Of a stretch of DNA of 32,000 bases, positions 19,464 to 28,124 are shown in pieces (within the stretch, counting starts at the first letter, position 1; every line of letters begins with the position of its first letter). The notes under the pieces were generated by a model. The model did no database searches. It had not been told where the DNA came from and saw only the letters and a program-made list of their open reading frames with translations. The DNA lies in contig NZ_LN831039.1 of the NCBI RefSeq assembly GCF_001457595.1, positions 3,690,001-3,722,000 of the forward strand, in the 5' to 3' direction. The stretch is from Mycolicibacterium smegmatis (GTDB lineage: Bacteria > Actinomycetota > Actinomycetes > Mycobacteriales > Mycobacteriaceae). Both the position numbers and the translations under genes were made by a program.

Positions 19464-22325
19464 TTACCGGTCGGTCATGATGCGCCGCGACGGCCCAGGG
19501 CGGGCGAAGCGGTCAGGCGTCCGCAGCGGGCGTTGCCGGATGAAGGTGGGCCACCAGAACCACGGGCCGAGTAGGCGCAGCAGACACGGCACCACGAGCG
19601 AGCGCACGATCATGGTGTCCAGCAGCAGGCCGATGCACACCGTGGAGCCGAGCTGGCCGACCGCGGCCAGATTGCTGGCGAGCATCGACAACATGGTGAA
19701 CGCGAACACAAGACCGGCCGATGTCACCACCGCGCCGGTGCTGCCCAACGCGCGAATGAGCGCGGTGTTGAGCCCCGCGCCGCTCTCCTCCTTCACGCGG
19801 GAGATCAGCAGCAGGTTGTAGTCGGACCCGACGGCGACCAGGATGATGAACGCCAACGGCAGCACGAGCCAGTGCAGTGGAAGCCCGATCAGGTGCTGCC
19901 ACACCAGAACTGACAGCCCAAAGGCCCCGGCGAACGAAAATGTCACGGTGCCGGGTATGACCATGGCGGCCACCAGGCTTCGCGTGAGGTACAGCATGAT
20001 GAGGAAGATCAGCACGAACGCCGCGATCGCGACGATCAGAAGATCTGACGCGGCATAGTCCTGGATGTCTTTCGTGCTCGACGCGGCGCCGCCCAGATAC
20101 ACCTTGGCGCCGGCCAGCGACGTTTCCTTCAGCGCCATCTTGATGGCGTCGGGGATCTGCTCGACGTGTTCGATGCCTTCCTGCGCCATGGCGTTGCCCT
20201 CGTGGGTGATGATGAACCGGGCGGCCTTGCCGTCCGGTGACATCAGCAGCTTCATCCCGGTCTTGACGTCGTCGTTGTCGAACGCCTCGTGAGGGATGTA
20301 GAAGAAGTCGTCGCTGCGTGCCGCATCGAAGTCGTTGCCCACGTTGATCAGGTCGTCGTACGTCTGATCGGTCTGGGTGGACTGCAGATGAGCCGAGCCG
20401 TAGTTGTTCTGGAGCAGGCTCAAGGTTGCTTTGCCGGCAATCTTCATCTGCTCGAGTTGCGTGATCATCTGCGGCAGCAGGCGATCGATGGCCTCGAAAG
20501 ACTCGACAGCGTTGCCGATCTGCTCATCAAGGCGATCGATGCCGTCGAGCGAGTCGAACAACGAACGTATCGCGAAACACACGGGAATGTCGAAACAGTG
20601 CGGTTCCCAGTAGAAGTAGTTCTTGAGCGGCCGCAGGAAGTCGTCGAGATCGGAGATGCCCTCGTTGACCTCGTCGGTCACCTCCTTGAGGTTCTCGAAT
20701 GTCACCGTTGTGGCGTGCAATTCGTCGGACATCTGTGTGGTGATGCTGATGACCTGTTGGATGACCTGCAGCGAATGCGCCTGGATGTCGGCCTGCCTGT
20801 CGGTGTTCTCGTTCAGTTGTTGGTCGAACGGCAGTTGCTGGCCGTTGGTGCTGCCCTGGGTGGTGAACAGGTAGGGAATGGTCGCGTGCTCCAGTGGCCG
20901 GCCCAGTGGTCTGGTGATGCTCTGCACCATGGCCACACCGGGAAGCCGGATGAGGGATTTCGCCGCCCGGTCCAGGGAGATGAAGTCCGCCGAGTTGCGC
21001 ATATCGTGGTCGGATTCGACCATCAACAACTCCGACATGAGCTTGCTCTGGGGAAAGTGCCGATCGGCGGCCTCGAAACCGAGTTTGGCCGGGGCATCGG
21101 CAGGCTGGTACGCACGGTCGTCATAGCCGACCTGATAGGTCGGGACGAACACCGCGCCGACGAGGACGACAACCGCACTCGCCACGAAAACCGGTTTGGG
21201 CCAGCGCACCACGCTCGTGGCGATATGACGGTAGAGCCGGCCGCTGTTCAAGCGGCGCGGATCGAAGAGCCCGCGGCGACTGCCCAACGTGAGCAGGGCC
21301 GGCGCGAGCGTCAACGCCGCGGCGATCGTGCAAAGCATGCTGACCGCCACCGCCGGTCCCATGGTGTGGAAGTAGTCCAGGCGAGCCAGACTCAGACAGA
21401 AGCACGCCCCGGCGATGGTCAGGCCCGAGCCGATGATGATCGGAGCCACGCTGCGGTAGGCCGTGAAGTAGGCCTCTTCGCGGGATTCGCCCGCGCGGCG
21501 CGCCTCCTGATAACGGCCCAGCATGAAGATGCCGTAATCCGTCCCGGCGCCCAGCGTCAATGCCACCAATAGGTTGACCGCGAACGACGACAAGGGAATG
21601 ACCCCGAGGTGGCCCAGGACCGCGACAACGCCTTTGGCGGCGAGCAATTCGATGAGCACGGCGGGCAGGGGCACGAGCAGGCTCGGCACCGAGCGGTACA
21701 CCAGCAGGAGCATCGCGACGATCAGGATGATCGTCAGGATCGTGATGTTCTTGAGGCTCGCGGTGGCAATCGTCAAGGTGTCCGATGCCAGAGGCGCGGG
21801 CCCGCTGACATACACCTTGAGACCGGGAGGCGGCGCGTCGGCGGCGACGATGTCGCGTACCGCGTCCACGGACTCGTTGGCCTCGAGTTTTCCGGTGTTG
21901 CCTGCCAGCCGCAGCATCACGAACGCGGCCTTGCCATCCACACTTTGGACCGCGGCAGCCGTGATGGGCTCACCCCACAGGTCCATCACGTACTGCACGT
22001 GTGCGGGGTCGGACTGTAGGCGGCGGACCAGATCGTCGTAGAACCGGTGATCTGCGTCGTCGAGAGGCCGGTCGGCCTCGAGGACCAGCATGGTCAGGTT
22101 GGTCGAGTCGGATTCGCCGAATTTCTCGCCCATCTGGAGCAGCGCCACCTGCGACGGCGCATACGTCGGGATCATCGGACCGGCGAGTTCGTCGGCCACC
22201 TTCTCGGCCTGCGGAACGAAGATGTTGGTACCGATCGTGACGAGTATCCAGAACGCGACGATCGGCAGCGCCAGGACGCGTACGGCACGCGCGAAGAACG
22301 GCCGGCCCGCGCGGTGTGCGCTCAT
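19464..22325 (-). CDS. mmpL: MmpL family RND transporter (MmpL4/MmpL5-like, with periplasmic coiled-coil insertion)
   Basis: The ATG at 22325 overlaps the mmpS stop (ATGA). N-terminus MSAHRAGRPFFARAVRVLALPIVAFWILVTIG..., 12-TM RND layout. The pattern DHRFYDDLVRRLQSDPAHVQYVMDLWGEPITAAAVQSVDGKAAFVMLRLAGN parallels my memory of M. tuberculosis MmpL5. 953 aa. Confidence 0.9.
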   Translation of the reverse strand: MSAHRAGRPFFARAVRVLALPIVAFWILVTIGTNIFVPQAEKVADELAGPMIPTYAPSQVALLQMGEKFGESDSTNLTMLVLEADRPLDDADHRFYDDLVRRLQSDPAHVQYVMDLWGEPITAAAVQSVDGKAAFVMLRLAGNTGKLEANESVDAVRDIVAADAPPPGLKVYVSGPAPLASDTLTIATASLKNITILTIILIVAMLLLVYRSVPSLLVPLPAVLIELLAAKGVVAVLGHLGVIPLSSFAVNLLVALTLGAGTDYGIFMLGRYQEARRAGESREEAYFTAYRSVAPIIIGSGLTIAGACFCLSLARLDYFHTMGPAVAVSMLCTIAAALTLAPALLTLGSRRGLFDPRRLNSGRLYRHIATSVVRWPKPVFVASAVVVLVGAVFVPTYQVGYDDRAYQPADAPAKLGFEAADRHFPQSKLMSELLMVESDHDMRNSADFISLDRAAKSLIRLPGVAMVQSITRPLGRPLEHATIPYLFTTQGSTNGQQLPFDQQLNENTDRQADIQAHSLQVIQQVISITTQMSDELHATTVTFENLKEVTDEVNEGISDLDDFLRPLKNYFYWEPHCFDIPVCFAIRSLFDSLDGIDRLDEQIGNAVESFEAIDRLLPQMITQLEQMKIAGKATLSLLQNNYGSAHLQSTQTDQTYDDLINVGNDFDAARSDDFFYIPHEAFDNDDVKTGMKLLMSPDGKAARFIITHEGNAMAQEGIEHVEQIPDAIKMALKETSLAGAKVYLGGAASSTKDIQDYAASDLLIVAIAAFVLIFLIMLYLTRSLVAAMVIPGTVTFSFAGAFGLSVLVWQHLIGLPLHWLVLPLAFIILVAVGSDYNLLLISRVKEESGAGLNTALIRALGSTGAVVTSAGLVFAFTMLSMLASNLAAVGQLGSTVCIGLLLDTMIVRSLVVPCLLRLLGPWFWWPTFIRQRPLRTPDRFARPGPSRRIMTDR

Positions 22326-22816
22326 GCCGACTTGACCCGGCATGTGACGTCGGCATTGGCATGTGACGACGAATGTTCGTCGCGCACACGGTCGTTCACG
22401 AGTATCCGGCACCCCACCTCGCCGCCCTTGACCTGCCCGGAGATACTGCCGGACACCACGGTGAGCGTCGTGGTCTCGGTGTGCGACCACGGCAACTCGG
22501 CGATGTCGACCCGGTGCGGGTGACCGTCGACGTCGACATAGGTCAGCAGTCCGCCGCTTCCGGGGGACCCGAACAACTCGTAGGTCATGCGCTTGGGAGT
22601 GAACTGCTCAGGCGCCTGCGCCGCGAGCACCGAGACAACCGGTCCAGGAGCGGACATCTCGTGCACCTTCCACACCGCCACAGACCCGACGCCGACGGCG
22701 ATGGCGGTTACGGCAGGCAACCAGCCTCTCTGCAGGGTTTTCGGCACGACAGCGCGCCGCACGCTCCGGCGGTCACCTGCCTCGCGCGCATGTTGGTCAG
22801 TCGCCACTAGGGTCAT
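22322..22816 (-). CDS. mmpS: MmpS family membrane accessory protein
   Basis: 164 aa. A single TM (WLPAVTAIAVGVGSVAVW) followed by a beta-rich domain (TYELFGSPGSGGLLTYVDVDGHPHRVDIAELPWSHTET...VGCRILVNDRV). Translationally coupled to mmpL. Confidence 0.85.
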   Translation of the reverse strand: MTLVATDQHAREAGDRRSVRRAVVPKTLQRGWLPAVTAIAVGVGSVAVWKVHEMSAPGPVVSVLAAQAPEQFTPKRMTYELFGSPGSGGLLTYVDVDGHPHRVDIAELPWSHTETTTLTVVSGSISGQVKGGEVGCRILVNDRVRDEHSSSHANADVTCRVKSA

Positions 22817-22858
22817 GTGTTTCCACCTGTATCTGATTCTTTTTCGGGCGAGCGCTTT

Positions 22859-24178
22859 TCAGGCGTCGTCGCGGTCGCGCACCCTTGTCTGCCTGGCAGT
22901 GAGGAGCAGACCGAGGGCAGACACGACGCCGCCGAGGGCGATGTAGGCGGATATCCCGGTACTGCCGTCGTAGCGTTGCACGAGCGCGGTGGCGATCGCG
23001 GGAGACAGACCCCCGCCCAGTACAGCCCCGAGGTTGTAGGAGACCGCGACACCGGAGTAGCGCACCTCAGGGCGGAACAGGGTCGTGTAGAAGGCGGCCA
23101 TCGGGCCGAACACGAAACTCAGGCCGATGTAGGCGACCACGACCGCCACGTAGAGCGCCGGGATACCGCGCGTGTCGAGTAACCAGAAGTACGGGTACGC
23201 CCACAGCACCTGGAAGATCGCTCCGCACAGCATGACGCGGACGAGGCCGAACCTGTCGGCGAGTCCACCCGCCACGAAGACGAAAACGAGCATCCCGAAC
23301 GACCCCCACAGACCGGACAGCAAAATGTCGTCGCGCTCGATGCCGAGTTGTTGTGTGCCATAGGAACTGGTGAACGAATTGATGATGAAGATGAAGAGGT
23401 TGAACCCCAGATTCACCAGGACTCCGCCGATCAGCAGATGCGGCGCGCCCTTGAGGGCGCCCCACAGCGGAACGGCTCGGACGGCTGCCCGCTGGGCGGC
23501 GATCCTCCGGAAGACCGGGCTCTCACCGATGCTGAGCCGAACGTAGAGCCCGACGGCCACGAGAACCGCCGATGCGAGGAACGGTATCCGCCAGCCCCAT
23601 TCGACGAAGGCCGCACCCGTCGCGAGCGCGACGATGTTGAACACGCCGATGCCGAGAATGCTGCCCAGCGGTGATCCCGCGGTGACCGATGCGCCGAAGA
23701 ACGCCCGGCGCCCGGTCGGTGCGTGTTCGGTCACCACGATGAACGCACCCGCCTGTTCACCGCCCATGAAGAAGCCCTGCAGCACACGGAGTGTGACTAG
23801 CAGAATCGGTGCGAGTGTGCCGATCGAGGCGTACGTCGGCAGCGCGCCGATACCCATGGTGCACAGCCCCGTGGCGACCAGCGAGACGACCAGCATCGTC
23901 TTGCGTGACACGCGATCGCCGAAGTGGCCGAAAACCGCTCCGCCGAGGGGTCGCGACACGAAACCCGCACCAAAAGCCATGAAGGACAAGAGGGCGCCGG
24001 TGAGGGGATCCGAACCCGGGAAGAACAGTTTCGGGAACACGAGTCCGGCCGCGAGGCCGAAAATGAGGAAGTCGTAGAGCTCGATCCCCGTACCGACCGC
24101 GCCCGCAGCGCAGATCTTCCGCATGTCCTTCGGTGTGGTCGGCTCCGATACGGGCTCGACAACATCCACCGGTTTCAT
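22859..24178 (-). CDS. MFS transporter, metabolite:H+ symporter (ProP/KgtP/ShiA-like) family
   Basis: ATG at 24178 (MKPVDVVEPVSEPTTPKDMRKICAAGAVGTGIELYDFLIFG). MFS loop motif RPLGGAVFGHFGDRVSRKTMLV; 12 predicted helices. Ends 42 nt upstream of the mmpS start on the same strand. Confidence 0.85.
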   Translation of the reverse strand: MKPVDVVEPVSEPTTPKDMRKICAAGAVGTGIELYDFLIFGLAAGLVFPKLFFPGSDPLTGALLSFMAFGAGFVSRPLGGAVFGHFGDRVSRKTMLVVSLVATGLCTMGIGALPTYASIGTLAPILLVTLRVLQGFFMGGEQAGAFIVVTEHAPTGRRAFFGASVTAGSPLGSILGIGVFNIVALATGAAFVEWGWRIPFLASAVLVAVGLYVRLSIGESPVFRRIAAQRAAVRAVPLWGALKGAPHLLIGGVLVNLGFNLFIFIINSFTSSYGTQQLGIERDDILLSGLWGSFGMLVFVFVAGGLADRFGLVRVMLCGAIFQVLWAYPYFWLLDTRGIPALYVAVVVAYIGLSFVFGPMAAFYTTLFRPEVRYSGVAVSYNLGAVLGGGLSPAIATALVQRYDGSTGISAYIALGGVVSALGLLLTARQTRVRDRDDA

Positions 24179-24212
24179 GTGTGCTCCGTCCTTGTCTGTC
24201 CGCCCGAACCGG

Positions 24213-24231
24213 GCGTCATGACATATGACGC
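24213..24231. promoter_or_regulatory. palindrome GCGTCAT-N5-ATGACGC in the MFS/cycA divergent region (candidate operator)
   Basis: Perfect 7-bp arms, 35 nt upstream of the MFS start. No known regulator assigned. Confidence 0.3.
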
Positions 24232-24457
24232 GCCAGGACCCCAAAGGGATCACATCAGCGGTGGCCGATCGTGAACCCTTCGCGCTGCGGGGCCGTTCGT
24301 CTCCCATGAGGGGACTCGAACGAGCCGGATCACCCATGAGCCCATTGAAGCCTCAGAGCCGGCGACTTCCCCGAATTGCGCTCCCTTCCATCCGGTTTGA
24401 GGTTCGCCGTCGGAGAACGCGTGAACGCCAGCACCTGAACCCGAAAGGATCGGCCAA

Positions 24458-25897
24458 ATGTCGGAACAGACGCTCCCAGAGGCTGAACACCTCTCGCGTC
24501 AGCTCTCCAACCGTCACATACAACTCATCGCCATCGGCGGAGCGATCGGAACCGGCCTGTTCATGGGTTCAGGAAAGACGGTGTCGCTCGCGGGCCCCTC
24601 GGTGATCTTCGTCTACATGATCATCGGCTTCATGCTGTTCTTCGTGATGCGGGCCATGGGCGAGTTGCTGTTGTCCAACCTGGAGTACAAGTCGTTCGCC
24701 GATTTCGCCGCCGACCTGCTGGGCCCGTGGGCGGGGTTCTTCACCGGCTGGACGTACTGGTTCTGCTGGATCGTCACCGGTGTGGCCGAAGTGGTTGCGA
24801 TCGCGGGCTACGTGGCCTTCTGGTGGCCCGGCCTTCCGCTGTGGATCCCGGCGCTGGTCACCGTGGCGGTCCTGATCACGCTGAACCTGGCGACTGTCCG
24901 CGCGTTCGGCGAAACCGAGTTCTGGTTCGCGATGATCAAGATCGTCGCGATCCTTGCGCTCATCGTGGTCGGCCTGGTCATGGTGCTGAGCCACTTCAGG
25001 GCGCCCGGCGGGGCCGTGGCGAGCCTGTCCAACCTGTGGGACGACGGTGGCTTCTTCCCCACCGGGCCCATGGGTTTCGTCGCGGGCTTCCAGATCGCGA
25101 CGTTCGCGTTCGTCGGGATCGAACTCGTCGGCACCACGGCCGCCGAAGCCAGAGATCCCGAACGCAACCTGCCGCGCGCTGTCAACTCGATTCCCGTGCG
25201 CGTGATGCTTTTCTACGTCGCTGCCCTGGTGATCATCATCGCTGTCACCCCGTGGCGCGAGATCAGCCCCGACCGCAGCCCGTTCGTCGCGATGTTCAGC
25301 CTCGCCGGGTTGGGCATCGCCGCATCGGTGGTCAACTTCGTGGTACTCACGTCGGCGGCGTCGTCAGCCAACTCCGGTATCTACTCGACGTCCCGGATGG
25401 TCTACGGACTCTCCTCCGGAGGCGACGCGCCCGCCTCCTTCGGCCGGCCCACGTCCCGCCGCGTACCGGCCAACGCGTTGTTCCTGTCCGGGGTGGTCCT
25501 GCTGTCGAGTGTGGTGATGGTCGCCGCAGGTGATTCGATCATCGCGGCGTTCACCCTGGTAACCACGATCTCGTCGCTGTGCTTCATGTTCATCTGGACG
25601 ATCATCCTGAGCAGCTACCTGGTGTACCGCAGGCGGAGGCCGCAACAACACTCGGCCTCACCCTTCAAGATGCCCGGCGGCGTGGTGATGTGCTGGGTTG
25701 TGCTGGCGTTCTTCGTGTTCCTGGTGTGGGCGTTCACCCAGAAGTCCGACACCCTGCAGGCCCTGCTCGTAACACCGGCCTGGTTCGTCGTGCTCGGTAT
25801 CGCCTGGGCGTTCCTGCGACGCCGCCCGGGACACAAGGCGCGCGAAGCCGCGTTCCGTGCCGCTCTGGAAGCCGAATCGGCGGACTCGGCGGACTGA
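24458..25897 (+). CDS. cycA: APC-family amino acid permease, D-serine/D-alanine/glycine transporter CycA-like
   Basis: NRHIQLIAIGGAIGTGLFMGSGKTVSLAGPSVIFVYMIIGFMLFFVMRAMGELLLSNLEYKSFADFAADLLGPWAGFFTGWTYWFCWIVTG is almost colinear with E. coli CycA as I remember it. 479 aa. Confidence 0.85.
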   Translation: MSEQTLPEAEHLSRQLSNRHIQLIAIGGAIGTGLFMGSGKTVSLAGPSVIFVYMIIGFMLFFVMRAMGELLLSNLEYKSFADFAADLLGPWAGFFTGWTYWFCWIVTGVAEVVAIAGYVAFWWPGLPLWIPALVTVAVLITLNLATVRAFGETEFWFAMIKIVAILALIVVGLVMVLSHFRAPGGAVASLSNLWDDGGFFPTGPMGFVAGFQIATFAFVGIELVGTTAAEARDPERNLPRAVNSIPVRVMLFYVAALVIIIAVTPWREISPDRSPFVAMFSLAGLGIAASVVNFVVLTSAASSANSGIYSTSRMVYGLSSGGDAPASFGRPTSRRVPANALFLSGVVLLSSVVMVAAGDSIIAAFTLVTTISSLCFMFIWTIILSSYLVYRRRRPQQHSASPFKMPGGVVMCWVVLAFFVFLVWAFTQKSDTLQALLVTPAWFVVLGIAWAFLRRRPGHKAREAAFRAALEAESADSAD

Positions 25898-25907
25898 TCC
25901 TTCCTGG

Positions 25908-25934
25908 CTGCCTGAACTGCCTGATCTGCCTGAT
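25908..25934. repeat. tandem 9-nt repeat CTGCCTGA(A/T) x3
   Basis: Read directly: ctgcctgaa ctgcctgat ctgcctgat, then a partial ctgcg that merges into repeat copy B. A separate 9-nt duplication TCGGCGGAC x2 (25877-25894) encodes the SADSAD C-terminus of the permease. Confidence 0.7.
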
Positions 25935-26001
25935 CTGCGCGAGCGTGCGTCGTTGCTGGTGAATCCGCGGTGTGTCCAGGAGCAGACGCGCACGCTCGGC
26001 G
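25934..26001. repeat. 68-nt intergenic hairpin repeat, copy B (first copy at 18210-18277)
   Basis: Same conserved 17-nt and 15-nt ends and the same 36-nt internal spacing as copy A. The internal core CGGTGTGTC is conserved. Confidence 0.6.
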
Positions 26002-26130
26002 TGTGGGGTGAGCCGCATGCCCGCACCCGCGAGACCGCCTCGGATCGCGCCGTTTCACCGTTGCCGGCGAGAATCAGCATTAACATATCGTCACTGGCAA
26101 CGTCGTCGAGCGGTGAGGGGAAACGGTGAC

Positions 26131-26355
26131 ATGCTGACCGCGGTGCGGAAGGTTCTCGGCTTCCAGATGACCATCGCCGAGTGGATCGGCACCGCGATCA
26201 TCCTCGCGGTGCCCTACCTGGCGATCGGCACGCTGTGGTCACTGACCCACACCGGCCATCTCGCGGGTATGGGCCGCCTCGACGCGGCGGTGTCGTTCCT
26301 CGGGTCGATCGCGGCCTGGCCGGTGCTGTTGTTCACCGACGTCTGCATGAGCTGA
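26131..26355 (+). CDS. small (74 aa) two-helix membrane protein, paralog of 27232-27480
   Basis: ATG at 26131 after GGGGAAACGG. MLTAVRKVLGFQMTIAEWIGTAIILAVPYLAIGTLWSLTH...AAWPVLLFTDVCMS. The upstream part of track ORF 25972.. is Arg-rich and non-coding-like. Confidence 0.65.
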   Translation: MLTAVRKVLGFQMTIAEWIGTAIILAVPYLAIGTLWSLTHTGHLAGMGRLDAAVSFLGSIAAWPVLLFTDVCMS

Positions 26356-26356
26356 C

Positions 26357-27232
26357 ATGACCGTCGAGGGCACCACCCACACCCGCATCTCGGTCACCCG
26401 GCGCACCGCGCGCTGGGACCCCGACGAGTCCGTCACCGTCGCCGACGCGATGGATTTCTGGGCGTTCGCCGGGGGCGCGGCCAACGTCATCATGCAGCTG
26501 GCACGCCCCGGCGTCGGCCACGGCGTGGTCGAGAGTCCCGTGGATTCCGGCAACCTGCTCAAGCATCCGTGGAAACGCGCCCGCACCACCTTCAGTTACC
26601 TCGCGGTGGCCATCCTCGGCAACGACGAGGACCGCGCGGCGTTCCGCACGGCCGTCGACGGCGCCCACCGGCAGGTCCGCTCAGGACCGCAGAGTCCGGT
26701 GCGCTACAACGCCTTCGACCGTGATCTGCAGATGTGGGTCGCGGCATGCCTGTTCGTCGGGCTCGAAGACACCTATCAACTGCTACGCGGCCAGATGACG
26801 CCCGTGCAGGCCGAGCAGTTCTACGCCTCGGCCGCCACGCTGGGCACCACGCTGCAGGTCAGCCCCGACCAGTGGCCCGCCACCCGGGCCGGGTTCGACG
26901 ATTACTGGAACGCCGCATGCGGGCAGGTCGCGGTCGACGACGTCGTCGCGACATACCTGCGCGACCTGGTGCACCTCAAGATGATCAACCCGCTGCTCGC
27001 ACTGCCGTTCCGGCCGCTGCTGGCGTTTCTCACCACGGGGTTCCTGGCGCCGGTGTTCCGTGAGGTGCTCGGCCTGAAGTGGGGCCGCGGCAGGCAACGG
27101 CTTTTCGAATGGCTGTTTCTGCTGGTGGCCTTGGGCAACCGGTTCCTGCCGATCTTCGTCCGGCAGGGCACCAGCTACCTTTTGCTCGCCGATGTGCGCC
27201 GACGCGTGCGTGCCGGACTCCCGCTGATCTGA
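26357..27232 (+). CDS. DUF2236 / MpaB-family oxygenase-like protein
   Basis: 291 aa, starting 1 nt after the preceding stop. Helical protein whose pattern (FWAFAGGAANVIMQLARPGVGHGVVES...HPWKRARTTFSYLAVAILGNDEDRAAFRTAVDGAHRQV...YNAFDRDLQMWVAACLF) I recognise as DUF2236 (MpaB/Lcp superfamily). Confidence 0.7.
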   Translation: MTVEGTTHTRISVTRRTARWDPDESVTVADAMDFWAFAGGAANVIMQLARPGVGHGVVESPVDSGNLLKHPWKRARTTFSYLAVAILGNDEDRAAFRTAVDGAHRQVRSGPQSPVRYNAFDRDLQMWVAACLFVGLEDTYQLLRGQMTPVQAEQFYASAATLGTTLQVSPDQWPATRAGFDDYWNAACGQVAVDDVVATYLRDLVHLKMINPLLALPFRPLLAFLTTGFLAPVFREVLGLKWGRGRQRLFEWLFLLVALGNRFLPIFVRQGTSYLLLADVRRRVRAGLPLI

Positions 27233-27480
27233 TGAACTTCCTGCGTCGGGTCCTGAGCCGCAAGGTCAGCGTGGAACAGATGATCGAGACCGCGATGTGG
27301 CTCGCGATCCCGTACCTGACCGTCGGTCTGGTGTGGAGTTTCTTCCACGCCGACCAGGTGCAGCTGATCGAGGCGCAACTGCTGACGAAGCTTCCGGCCG
27401 GCGCCAACCTGGTCGCGTTCGGGCAGGTGGCGGTGCTGTGGCCGCTGCTGCTCCTCGGCGGCGAGGTGTGCGTCGGCTAG
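27232..27480 (+). CDS. small (82 aa) two-helix membrane protein, paralog of 26131-26355
   Basis: The ATG overlaps the MpaB-like stop (TGATG). MNFLRRVLSRKVSVEQMIETAMWLAIPYLTVGLVWSFFH...VLWPLLLLGGEVCVG. Shares R-x-VL, E-x-I-x-TA, LA-x-PYL-x-x-G-x-x-WS-x-x-H, WP-x-LL and a terminal VC with the upstream paralog. Confidence 0.65.
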   Translation: MNFLRRVLSRKVSVEQMIETAMWLAIPYLTVGLVWSFFHADQVQLIEAQLLTKLPAGANLVAFGQVAVLWPLLLLGGEVCVG

Positions 27481-27491
27481 GGTCTGGCGCC

Positions 27492-28118
27492 GTGAGGATT
27501 TGTGTCGCGGCCCGTGCGCTCCTGCTGGCCGGTGCGCTGGCCGCCCCGGTGGCCGGCTGCTCGTCGGGAGCCGTCGTCAACACCGGCGAGACGCCGCCGC
27601 GCACACCGGCCCCGACCACCACCGCGGTGCCGGTGTACGGCACCACCAACCTGGTGAACGCGGCCGATTACGCGATCTCGGTGGACGGCCGCACGGGCTA
27701 CTACTTCACCACTCCGAGCGGACGGTGGGCGTGCGCGATCCTGCCCCGCGACCGCGCCGGATGTGAATCGTCGAGCGGCCTGAGCGCTCGCCTGCCGATC
27801 ACCGGCGCTCCCGACGTGACCGTGGACGGCGAGGCCACCGCGCCCAACGCGATCGCCGTGGACCGCGACCACGACGCCGGGTTCCTCGCGCTGGAGGAAC
27901 CGTTGTTCTCCGTGGACCAGGATTCGGTGGATTCCACGACCTACAGCGAGGCGGACGGCGAGGTCGAGACTCTGCCGTTCGGCAAAGTGCTTGCGGTGGC
28001 GGGCTTTCGGTGCAACGTGCAGGAAGAGACCGGCGTGTCCTGCGTACGCGAGTTGACCGGCAAAGGTTTCACGTTCTCCGGTGACGGTTACACCCTGACC
28101 TACACCGACATCCCATGA
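27492..28118 (+). CDS. lipoprotein of unknown function
   Basis: GTG at 27492. Signal peptide plus lipobox VRICVAARALLLAGALAAPVAG/CSSG, a Pro/Thr-rich linker, and four further Cys. The longer version in the track (27297) overlaps the preceding gene. Confidence 0.7.
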   Translation: MRICVAARALLLAGALAAPVAGCSSGAVVNTGETPPRTPAPTTTAVPVYGTTNLVNAADYAISVDGRTGYYFTTPSGRWACAILPRDRAGCESSSGLSARLPITGAPDVTVDGEATAPNAIAVDRDHDAGFLALEEPLFSVDQDSVDSTTYSEADGEVETLPFGKVLAVAGFRCNVQEETGVSCVRELTGKGFTFSGDGYTLTYTDIP

Positions 28119-28124
28119 GGAGAC

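Noticed and set aside
22745-22765. A third partial match to the right arm of the 68-nt repeat (GCCGCACGCTCCGGCGG) inside mmpS.
   Set aside because: Only about 9 contiguous nt match, the matching left arm is absent, and it lies inside a well-supported coding region. This is a chance GC-rich similarity.
24290-24330. tRNA-like fragment (minus strand reads ...GTTCGAGTCCCCTCATGGGAG, reminiscent of a T-loop plus acceptor 3' end) that could mark an old integration (att) site.
   Set aside because: The 5' half of the T-stem is not complementary, and no D-arm or anticodon arm can be drawn. No integrase or other mobile-element genes are nearby. It is better explained as a simple bulged hairpin.
24232-24457. 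Possible glycine riboswitch upstream of cycA.
   Set aside because: The conserved aptamer core sequences are not present on either strand by eye. Only a generic GGAGAA...CCCGAAAGG stretch near the RBS is seen.
25877-25934. Short tandem repeats considered as a possible CRISPR or minisatellite array.
   Set aside because: The units are only 9 nt, with 2-3 copies, no spacers and no cas genes. This is simple slippage-type repetition.
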